A DNA stretch of 61,181 nt, the filler included, from Globobulimina sp. (Eukaryota): assembly GCA_003354225.1 (NCBI GenBank). It is 7 parts of 7 records of this genome, joined end to end, with 100 filler letters (N's around TTAATTAATTAA, not from the genome) between each part and the next. Parts side by side here need not be neighbours in the genome. Positions count along the whole stretch, not along the records: positions 1 to 8,679 come from PIVH01000068.1; positions 8,780 to 17,454 come from PIVH01000069.1; 5 more parts are not named here. One strand, 5' to 3'. This document shows, piece after piece, positions 1 through 9,935 of the stretch (its first letter is position 1; each line of letters starts with the position of its first letter). Under the pieces are notes generated by a model. That model was not told where the DNA came from, ran no database searches, and was given only the letters and a program-made list of their open reading frames with translations. The translations under genes and the position numbers were made by a program.

Positions 1-423
1 ACATCGGTTCAGGAATTAACTGGTCTAGACCTGGGCTTAGAACCGTTCTTCGAAACTGCTTCGAGGGATCGTTACGAGAGCTTGTGGTTGCCCACCAAGA
101 TCGACTTTCGAGGCTCGGATTCGGCCTACTCGAGTTCCTCATTGTTGAAGCAGAGGGGAAACTTGTGGTTTATGATTGGGGAGGGGTTTCCGAGTATGAC
201 GAACTCGGAGAGGATCTCCTCAGCATCGTTCAAGTATTTTCGTGCTGACAGTACGGTCTCCGAAAATACGGAAACAAACGAGGAGCCTCCAAAAAAACAG
301 CAGAAAAAAACCGAGAAAGTTGTGGCAAGAGGCTCTGCCATTCAGGGGAGAAAGGTTCGGATTGTTCCCACAAAGGAACAAAATATGATTCTCCGAAAGT
401 GTCTGGGTATTCATTGCCACGTC
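1..423 (+). pseudogene. Fanzor2/TnpB-like nuclease, N-terminal fragment
   Basis: Frame 1 has LEPFF..LWLPTKIDF..WF, a basic KKQQKK stretch and GRKVRIVPTKEQNMILRKCLGIHCHVY, resembling the HTH_OrfB motif KIRIYPTxEQxxxLxxxFGxxRxVYN. It overlaps tnpA. Similarity stops at ~423 and no RuvC domain follows. Confidence 0.8.
3..300 (+). pseudogene. tnpA: IS607-family TnpA serine recombinase, C-terminal part, 5'-truncated, with premature TGA
   Basis: Frame 3 (not in the ORF track) reads IGSGINWSRPGLRTVLRNCFEGSLRELVVAHQDRLSRLGFGLLEFLIVEAEGKLVVYDWGGVSEYDELGEDLLSIVQVFSC*QYGLRKY. This matches the IS607 TnpA pattern (GSG-N, VV..DRL.R.GF, EL.EDLLSI..VFS.R.YGLR). TGA at 246-248 replaces the expected Arg. Confidence 0.9.
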
Positions 424-1189
424 TATGTCGCGGTTAGCGTATTTGGATTGTTAATACGAGACTCTTCCAACTGCCAACCACCATACGAATGCCGATCAAT
501 GTAGTAGTCGAGCAAATAATGCTATTCACTATGTTAACAGTCCATGCTTAGGACACAGACGAAGAGTGACAGTTTAACCGCCACGAAAAGCTGAATAAAG
601 GCGAGTGAATGGTTGTCGTAAAGTTTACGAATGAATGGCTGTCATAAAGTCTAAGCTGTCAGTTATACTTCTGTAGTGCGGGCCAATTTGTGTAACTATA
701 TTCGGTTGTGTGAAGATATATATATATATATGTGTATGTATACCAACTGAGGTGTACCCCTATGTTTGTGTGATTGATATATGTATAAGTATGTGTATAC
801 ATCAAGTGAGGTGTATACCTATACCCCCCCATTATTGGGGGACCCATTGGGGGTCCATTATATAATACGTAAATGAAATAAAAATGTCACTCCTCTTGTT
901 CAGCAATCAGGTCCTCATCCAACAGAGTACAGACGCTCTATCAGACATCTTCCAAGCTACAGCTGCTTGACACAGATATAAGCTGCACCACTTCACAGGT
1001 TGCAACATCCGGATGTTGTCATGCTAATCGCAACGATGAGTTGCAGGATGCCGGGTAAGGGTCTTACACCGATTCAAGCTAAGTTGGCGCAACCTAACAG
1101 TCTACAACGAGTGTGTCGACCTGGGAAAAAAAAGAGGGAAATTCACGGAACCAGTGTAGTAGAGATGCAGAGGGTCCGTAAATTATTGT

Positions 1190-1381
1190 ACCCTAACCCT
1201 AACCCGAAACCTGGTCTTATGTACACCTCTACTTATGTAATTACACTATACTCTAACCATAACCCTAACTCTAACCCTAACCCTATCTATAAATCCTAAA
1301 CTCTAACCCTAAACGCCAACCCTAGCCCTACTGTAATACTAACACTAAACCCTAAACCCTAAACCCTAACCCTAACTCTAT
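1190..1381 (+). repeat. Degenerate telomere-like (CCCTAA/CCCTAAA)n tract
   Basis: Multiple CCCTAA, CCCTAAA, CTCTAA and CCATAA units. Confidence 0.8.
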
Positions 1382-1672
1382 CCCAATATCCATTTTATGC
1401 CATGTTCACCCCATAACGCATGGTACATCGGCGGCAATTCAGCCGTTGAACCTAGAAACATGGGTGCGCATTGAACGGTCCTCTAATACGGTGTAAGCCT
1501 TTAATACGAGAGTTCAGGAGCCCAGGAATCGCTCGAATACCTTCACTGGTTATTTGAATTGTGGTTGGTTCGGTTCTAGTTGACTGGTTCCAAAGTGATA
1601 CCACTTTAATGTACTTTTAACACAATCAGTGCATGAATACACAGCTGAAGGAAATTAGAACGACGGTGTATA

Positions 1673-1928
1673 ATGAGTGGAGAAAACGTTCAGGTTGTGG
1701 TGAGACTGCGTCCTCTGAATGAAAGGGAGAAGAAGCTCGGCGCACATCACGTGTTGTCGAGTGATTCAGCGAAGAGGTCCGTGAGTATACAGTACAAGAA
1801 GATCGATAGGTGTTACGGCCCTTTCGATAAGGTTTACGGGCCGTGGGCAACTCAAGAAGAAGTCTTCAACGGAGCAGTCAAATCGGCAGTAGACCAGGTT
1901 CTTCAGGGCTTCAGCTCCACAGTTTTCG
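1673..1928 (+). CDS. Kinesin motor (kinesin-5/BimC-like), first exon only
   Basis: NVQVVVRLRPLNERE...FDKVYGP...QEEVF...VDQVLQGFSSTVF, followed by a GTGAG donor. No downstream P-loop exon is found. Confidence 0.85.
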
Positions 1929-2069
1929 GTGAGAGGATTGAATTTTTGTGTTTTATAATGAATGAGCACGTGGTGCGAGATGAGTGAGCACCTGGCATCT
2001 ATCAGATGCGATGAAACTGCCCATTGCAATTGGTGGTTGTTCCAATCTTGCTCCTGCTGTGTGTTCCCG

Positions 2070-2245
2070 TCATCATTGCCATCGAAGTAGCTACTTCATC
2101 TGCGTTGGCTTCAGCTCGTTTGTAACGTAAACCTAGCTGAACCTTAGTATTATTATATTGCTGTTGCCACTCAAGAAATGCACCATAACGGTTGTCTTCA
2201 ACAGCATTAAAATTTACTACTTCAAACATAGTATCAACAGTGCTT
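2070..2245 (-). other. Short bacterial-like TonB-dependent receptor fragment
   Basis: MFEVVNFNAVEDNRYGAFLEWQQQYNNTKVQLGLRYKRAEANADEV has a beta-barrel strand pattern (GAFLEW, LGLRY). Recognised by eye only. Confidence 0.45.
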
Positions 2246-2535
2246 ATTTACAGAAAGGAGAGAATAACAATGAGAAAGAAACAGTTAAATAATGAACGCT
2301 TGTTTCATAAGCAATGGTACGTTGGATGGAGCTTTGTCCGGGGAAATTATATAAACCATGAATGGCTGTGGCCTCTCCATTCACTGTGATATTTTCTAAG
2401 GCAGAATCTATGGATGTTCCAATCCAATCCGTGAGGGAACTTGATATCGTATCTTGTTCACAATAATTATTGATGATAAGTGCTCCATCACGGCCACAAT
2501 ATTTAAAATTAATATGCGAATATCTGTAATAATCA

Positions 2536-3306
2536 TCATTTATTGCCGATGCGCTGTGTATATATCAATAATATATTAAATGCGAAAATGCGATGTAAAC
2601 ATACATACGTTGTAAATACGATATTTGTGTTGCTGCTGAATAGTGAGTTATAGCGACATATGGATTGGTAGTGTATGCTTTGTGTTGCATCTGTCCATTC
2701 AACAACAACTAAAGTGTTTGAATCTGTCCTATTCAAACGGACATATATTTGGATATGGGATGCTCCCAATAATGTGTTTGCGTTATCACCCAAGCCATTG
2801 GTGTATGAAAGTGATGCGTTCAATACGTCGCCAGAGGGGAGGGACGAGGTACCATCACATGTGGACGCAGTAAAAGTGACGATACCATCATCAAATGAGA
2901 TACCTACATAATTATTGCTATCTGCAATGAAGAATTTTGGATTGATTTTGGTGATATAATAATCGGTGTAGTTATTAAAATTGCCGTAAATATTGCTTAT
3001 GAAAACAATATCGTTATAGGATGGATTGAATTTGTAATTTGTGTTAATATGAAATAACCATCGCTTGTGTAGTATAGTATTATTATTTGGTTCGTATAGT
3101 TTTATCCAAAATAAATTATCGTTTTCATTGAGAAATGAAGATGAGGTTGAATCCATTACAAAATCATTATAATTACAATACTGAGGTAAGCTACAATTTG
3201 CATCTGCTGGTTCGTGTATTGTTATTCTTGCGGTTGATATGTGTATCTTGTATAATAATACGATAATAGTATATCTACAAAAGTGTTGAAAGTAAGCCAT
3301 GGCCAT
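2536..3306 (-). CDS. Uncharacterised secreted-type protein (probably continues through an intron below 2536)
   Basis: 256-aa ORF with a hydrophobic N-terminus and beta-rich, aromatic composition. Confidence 0.5.
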   Translation of the reverse strand: MAMAYFQHFCRYTIIVLLYKIHISTARITIHEPADANCSLPQYCNYNDFVMDSTSSSFLNENDNLFWIKLYEPNNNTILHKRWLFHINTNYKFNPSYNDIVFISNIYGNFNNYTDYYITKINPKFFIADSNNYVGISFDDGIVTFTASTCDGTSSLPSGDVLNASLSYTNGLGDNANTLLGASHIQIYVRLNRTDSNTLVVVEWTDATQSIHYQSICRYNSLFSSNTNIVFTTYVCLHRIFAFNILLIYTQRIGNK

Positions 3307-3503
3307 TGTCGCTAGGAAAATTATTTCAAAAACCGTAGTAATTTACAATATAAAAAAAAACCTTGAAAAAAACAAAATGAATGTAAATTAATAAAAACAA
3401 CAGATGTATTGTTGAGAGATTTCTTTTTTTATTTATAACAAAATAAAAATGGAGAACAAAACAAAAACGTTTTATCATTTGATTTGAATAAATATTTTGC
3501 ATA

Positions 3504-6500
3504 TCATTCGCTTCGATCATTATTAACATTAAACTTTACATTTTCATCCTCATCAATTGTATCTAATCCATCTGTTTGATAATCATCCATTTTATTTACA
3601 TTATATTTAGTTTCATGATCGTAATTATAATTTCCATTCATAGAAAACTTACCATTTTTACAAAATAATCTTTTAAAATTAAGAAACGCACAAACCAACA
3701 AACAGGATATCATTCCAAAAAATAAAGATATTAATATTAACCCCCAAAATGTATTGACCCCAATATATAAAGTTTGAGTAAAGCCATCCCCCTCAGTCCA
3801 CCAATTTGGTTTTATTATATCTTTAATATCTGGTTTAATATCCATATCATAATTATTATTTAAATCATATCCATCATATTCACCATAAAACTCATCATAT
3901 CCATAATCCACCGATTCATCATTTTCATATTCGATATATTGTTGCTCTTGTTCTTGTTCACCATATCCAAAGTCATCAATTTTTGATCCAAATCCTTGAT
4001 GAGATGTGGATGATTTTGCATTATTCATATCTGGGCTTTCCTTGTTTATTAACGCATCAATCGCTTTCCTGGTATTTGACACTTCCTGCTGCAAACTAGT
4101 CAACTTAGTAATGACTTCCTTATTATCCTCTTTATTATTATTATTCATATTGTTCTTATTATTATTATTCTGATTATTATTATTTTGATTATTATTATTT
4201 TGATTATTATTATTGTTGTTATTATTATTGCCATTCCCAGAGGAATAGCATCGATATAATGGATTATTACCACTATGATCATAGACCCAATTAATAAACT
4301 CACATAAACACACATTACGACCAAATACCAACATACATTTTGATGATAACGTTTGTTCCGCTTTGGTCTTTACATTATTATTATTATTACCATGTGTTTG
4401 TTCATTTGTATTTGTTTGTTTATCTGTATTTGTCTGCTTATCTGTATTTGTGGTGGAAGTAACAGCTGCCACCTCCGAAAATATCTGCATATCATCGTCA
4501 TTCAAGTCATCTGTCCATTGATTCGTGACTACCCAATTCGTACCATCCAACTCATTAAAAAACTCATCAATAATATAATCGCCATATTCATTCACATATC
4601 CATTCACAAACCCATTATAATCATCATATGCCTCTCCATAATAATCATAATACATATTATCAGCCACTTGCTTCGCAGACAAGACACCATCACCATCACC
4701 ATCCCTTTCATTATCTGTATGCCAGACAATATGCTCCATTTTCACCGCCGGATTCACTAACTTTGACAAGGCAGTGAATGGAATATTAAACAATTGATTG
4801 TATTCCATATGTTTCAACAATGGGTCCGGCAACAACTGCGTAAACGCACTTAATCGTTGATCTTTTAACCAGTCAAAATCATGGGCACTCATCCATTGCG
4901 GGGCCGCTTTCGGCATTGCCACATCCAAATAATATTTATGACCAACACCGCCACCACGTCCATGGCAATGATAATGTTCACCCATATATCGACAGACACA
5001 GCCTTGTCTATCAAACACATGCATGCATTGTTTCGCTACCAAGTGTCCTTTCTTACTCTCGATTTCCTCCAAATTATCCCAATATTCCTCCTCACCATCA
5101 CCACCAAATAAATTATAAAACGCAGTTTCTAACGAATTTAAGACATCCGATATCACCCATTCATCGCCAGAATTATCTACAAATTCATCCAGAAAATCAT
5201 ACGCTTCATCCTCATATTCCACATCATTGTATTTCTCATACAACGTATCCGCATCAAACAATTCATCATATTCAGAGTTATAATAATATTCATCATCATA
5301 CAGCTCCGCATCGTCCTCATCCTCCGCTTCATCATAATCTGTATAATAATAGTTATCAAACACATCATATTGTTGTACTTTGGCAGCAGGTCCAGCCACA
5401 ATATCAGAGCCGTGCGGGAATCGATTCTCATCCTTGGTCACTGTGGAATGGTCACCGCGGTGATGCGCATGCACCATATAATAGCCTTTGTGCTTGAGAT
5501 TGGTGAATAAGCCTTGCGGCATCCATTGCGGTCGTTGGTTGGGCATATGTTTATGCATAGAGACCATAATAGGTTCGCCGTGCGGATTTATATGCTGTGC
5601 CACAATCATATGGCGGCCCGTCGCAGTCTGCCCAATTACGGGTTGTTTGTTTTTCATTATCTTCCACATCTGATGGGAATGCCGATCTTTCCATAGCAAA
5701 TCCTTAAATTTCTCCTCCTTTTCCTTTTCTTTGCGCTCTCTGGCTCGTAAAGCCTTTTCTCGTTTGCGAAACATCGACTGTCTACTCCCAAAACCTGGCT
5801 TTTTTCCTCGTGGTCCACGACCACGACCACGTTCACGTTCACGTCCACGGTCCCGTTCGGGTTCTGGTTCCCGTTGGAATTCTGGCTGTGTTTGTATGTG
5901 ATGAAAATGGTGGACAATAATGGGATTATGTACGTGCCAATGAATGTTCCTCTTCCTTCGTCTGCTTCGACCTATATAAGGTCCGTAGTGATGGAAATGA
6001 TGGATGGCATATTGCGCGGTATCGGGCGCGCCAACAAAATGATGTATAATGGGTCCAGCGGCATGATTCGCATCATGGAAAATGATATTTGGTGAGATTT
6101 TGTCATCGGATATGTGTCCCTCCACATGATTGTATTGTTGCTGTTGTAAGGGATGCCATGTTCGTTTATGATAAATGCATTGATATTTATTGGTATCCAT
6201 CCAACCTAGAAATTGGCATAAACATAATCGATGTTTCCATAAATGTAAACATTTGCGTCGAATAGCAGTGCCTTCCCAAGTTTTCATTTCCATGATTTCA
6301 TCCCAATGTTCATCATCATCCCATTCCGAGTCAAATGAATGCGTGGCACTCTCACTCATTTCGATCCAGGCATCTTCTTTTAAATTCTCTTCCTGTTCTT
6401 CATCAAACTCCGCCTCGCCGTCATACATTTCATTTAAATTTATAATATCATCATAATATTCATCATATTCATCATCATATTCATCCATATTTGCATTGGA

Positions 6501-8679
6501 ATTATCCTCTCCATTTTGTGCAGAATATAATACCTTTGCAATCTGTTGATTTTGATGTTGTGTTTGTATATCTTGCCACATCCATAACGGTGTCCAATTT
6601 GGTTTATTTTGTGGTGGTAATAGATCCTCGTGGCCCTCGCCAATATTTTGAAAATTACTTTCAATTTGCTTGGCACCATAAATGTGATGAAAATGGTGAA
6701 CAATCACCTTTGGATTTACATTTTTCACTTGCACATTTTGATACTGTTCGGTGTTATAGTTGTAATCATCAAATCTTTCATGATGCGGAAATAAACAATG
6801 ATATTTTTCTGGGCCATCCAACCAACCTAAAAATTGACATAAACATAACCTCTTTTTCCATAATGTTAAACATTTCCGTGTAATGGATTCCCCGTTCCAT
6901 GTCTTCATATCTTCGATGGCATTCCATTCATTGTCATCGTCCCAAATATCATTAAAATCATTAGTTCCAACCGATGCATACAACAATAAGCCACGTTCAT
7001 CGCGCGAATCAAATGCTTTTTGTGCCATCGTGTCATCGTCGCCATCTTCATATCGATTCTCATCAACTATATTTTATTATAACATCCTCGCACCACATCC
7101 TGGCACAAGAAAACACATAAAACACTTAACTGTCATTCGCAGCCGAAGCACGCATAGATTTCTGTATTTGTCGCGTTAAATGCCTTAAATTTTTGCGAAT
7201 TTTACGAATTTGTTTCAATGCTTTTCGAAGATGTTTTCGTTTTTTATTATATCGATTGCGACGACCAATTTGACGAACTAAGCCCATGCCACGTTTTACC
7301 GAATTAAAGATGCGTTTGCCAGACACGAATATCTTTTTTAATTTGGGCGCTGCGCATTGTTCTGCGTTCTTTACGCATTGTAACAAGGGACCAACGCGTG
7401 GGAGATGGATATCTGTGCATGTTCAGGATATATAACGTGTGTTGGTATATTATTAAATATAAATAATATACCAAGTTTTAGAGCTTTTTGATGTATATCC
7501 AATACGAGACATAGTTTCAGAATTTTGTGGTTTACACATTTCTTTATCGAAGGATATAAAAACGGTAAGGTTTTGGGTAATAATTTGGGTCGCAATGAGT
7601 GTACATTCATATGTTGTAACATATGTTGTATGGCCGCTGATATTTTGATCTCTTTATTCTGTGTTCGTTGACTACCAAAGCGACCAAAATTATTTTCATT
7701 TGCATTGTCAAAGCCGTAGGAACTGATCACTTCATCCCAATCCATATCATTATTAAACACAAATATCTCCTCATTCGTATCTGATATCGACTCAAAGGAT
7801 CGCAATCTCCTTCCATTATATACATAGTCATAGTCATAGTCATATTCATCATCCATATCATTCTGTTTTTTGTTTTTTTTGTTTTTAAGGGTATCACCGA
7901 TATATAACAACACAACAAAACTTGATCAATGAATGCATTCTCAACGCCGACGTCCTTCTTCTTCTTATTATTATCCTCATTTACTGGCTGATTCTGTATG
8001 TAATTATCAACAATCTCATTATCCATTTCATTAAATATATCATTTAAGCCATTATATAAGATATTAATTTCTTGGGTTTTGGCAGCAGTTAGATGAACAT
8101 GCGTGTTATGAGCGGAAATGGTGACACAGGCATGCTTATGAATGAATGGTATGGCCCCCGTACATTTACTATATAATCGTGAGGGTAAATTGCCTTTCTT
8201 TGTTTTGCTTTTACTATCATCCGCATCCACATCCACTTGTTTTGGATGGGCGCCAACTTCCTCCAATTTGTCAGGATGGGCACCCACTTCTTCGCTTTTC
8301 GCGTCGGTTTCTTTGGAGAAAGAGACCCAATCTCTGCTATCATCCCAGTTAAACGACAACTGATTAAAATAATACGTATGGCCGCCAAATATGTCAAAAT
8401 TATTTACTTTTATTTTTTCATCATTTTGTTTGCCGGAATGTTCGTCAAATTTATCAAATCCTAATCTATTGCCTCGCCAATACGAGTAAGCCAATGTGTC
8501 GTCATAATCTTGCACTGGTTTTTATATATATTTATATTTATTGTTATATGTTTTGTATATCACATACTTGCGTAAGAAATGGCAGCATCAATGGATAGCT
8601 CGTCGTCATCATTATAGATGTTGTCATAATCTATATTCCCATTGGATAATATTTCTTTTTTTTCGTTTCGTTTTTTGCT
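3504..8679 (-). CDS. Large multi-exon modular membrane-anchored protein (Cys modules, D/E/Y-rich spacers, His-rich and cationic segments), 5'-truncated
   Basis: ORFs 7727-8515, 7371-7913, 7126-7386 and 3504-7028 can be joined by short GT-AG introns (~8515-8567, 7863-7921, 7413-7470, 7067-7130). It has a C-terminal TM helix (FWGLILISLFFGMISCLLVCAFL). Confidence 0.75.
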
Positions 8680-8779
8680 NNNNNNNNNNNNNNNNNNNNN
8701 NNNNNNNNNNNNNNNNNNNNNNNTTAATTAATTAANNNNNNNNNNNNNNNNNNNNNNNNNNNNNNNNNNNNNNNNNNNN
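8680..8779. other. Artificial contig spacer (also at 17455-17554, 26228-26327, 35000-35099, 43747-43846, 52467-52566)
   Basis: 44 N + TTAATTAATTAA (stops in all six frames) + 44 N. Confidence 0.99.
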
Positions 8780-8815
8780 TTAAATTATTGTTGCTGTAAA
8801 TTGAGAAAAACAGGA

Positions 8816-9660
8816 TTAAAATGACAGAATAAAGATATCACAGGGTGTGAATAAAATGTTATTTTGTGCAAAAGCATACCGGTACTTTGAATGAAATAAT
8901 ATAAAATCAATAAATACAAAAATGCATGAAATTGTATTGGTGAAATAACACATAAACTCCGATGAATATGAGAAGTACAATACGACATAATATGAGACAT
9001 AATAAGCTAACATGGATGCAAATAAACAATTATATAACACAAACAAAGTATATTCAAATGTAAAATAAATATTGGTTACTCCGATGATAATGTAACAAAC
9101 ATAGTACATATATCCCCAATTAATTGCAAATTGTTTGCCAATCTTTATTTTTCGATACGTATTGTTTATATTTAACAGTCTATCGATCACAATCAATGAT
9201 ATTTGAAATGACAAAAAACATAACAAAATAGCAAATAAAAATTGTCGATAAGAATCGAATAAAGCATATTGTGATTTGCTATTTAAATGTTTACTTTTGT
9301 TCAAATGAGAACACGCTGCAAAAACCAGTGAGGAAAATGATGTAAATGTATTACCAAAATTGTCAATCAATGTATGTATTGTTTCAATGTTTTGTGGGCT
9401 AAACTTCTTATTTTGACACAATGATTTTAATATTCCGGCACCAATGCAAAACACAAAATTTCCAATCAATACGGATGTGTATGATGATTCAGTTACAAAC
9501 AGGCTGTACGTTTGGAAATACATCAGAAATTACAGGTATTTGTTGCAGAAATGGAAAATGCGTACCAAGACACACATTGTGCAGTAAGCACAAATACGAG
9601 TGGATTAATGCTACTGTTACTAGCACGCAATTGTGCTTTTTTTGTTGCTCTTAACATGAT
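8816..9660 (-). CDS. Uncharacterised multi-pass membrane protein (partial)
   Basis: 235-aa ORF with several hydrophobic helices. Ends are uncertain. Confidence 0.5.
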
Positions 9661-9935
9661 GATTAATAAAAAAAGATTATTTTGGAAAGTTTTTCTCAGC
9701 TATCAAGCATACTAACAAATCTTCTCAGCAAACAAGGATAATAAATGTTTGCCTAATTTTTTTTGATGATATGCTCATCATTATAAATATAGATATTTTG
9801 CAACTTTGTTTTAAATATTTACAATAGAACAAATTTAAATATGAATCGGAAATATCCGGCCTGATTCAACTGCATCAGTCAGTTACTAAAACCTCTTTCA
9901 CACTTTCTCTTTAATACCTCAGGGGTTACATAACA

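Noticed and set aside
246-248. TGA as evidence of an alternative genetic code or selenocysteine
   Set aside because: The position corresponds to a conserved Arg, and a single C>T change explains it. Host genes use standard stops.
424-660. Possible omegaRNA downstream of the Fanzor fragment
   Set aside because: The nuclease C-terminus and element right end are absent, and I could not support any structure.
700-860. TA/TG-rich tract and short ORF 659-847
   Set aside because: Low-complexity microsatellite-like DNA; the ORF is spurious.
4120-4460. Poly-Asn and TNTDKQ repeats as a CRISPR-like array
   Set aside because: These are coding low-complexity repeats with no repeat-spacer structure.
4353-6883. 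Numerous antisense and alternate-frame ORFs overlapping long genes (here and throughout)
   Set aside because: Shadow ORFs of biased coding sequence with no motifs.
8680-8779. Recurrent TTAATTAATTAA palindrome flanked by N
   Set aside because: Artificial linker. Adjacency across spacers has no biological meaning.
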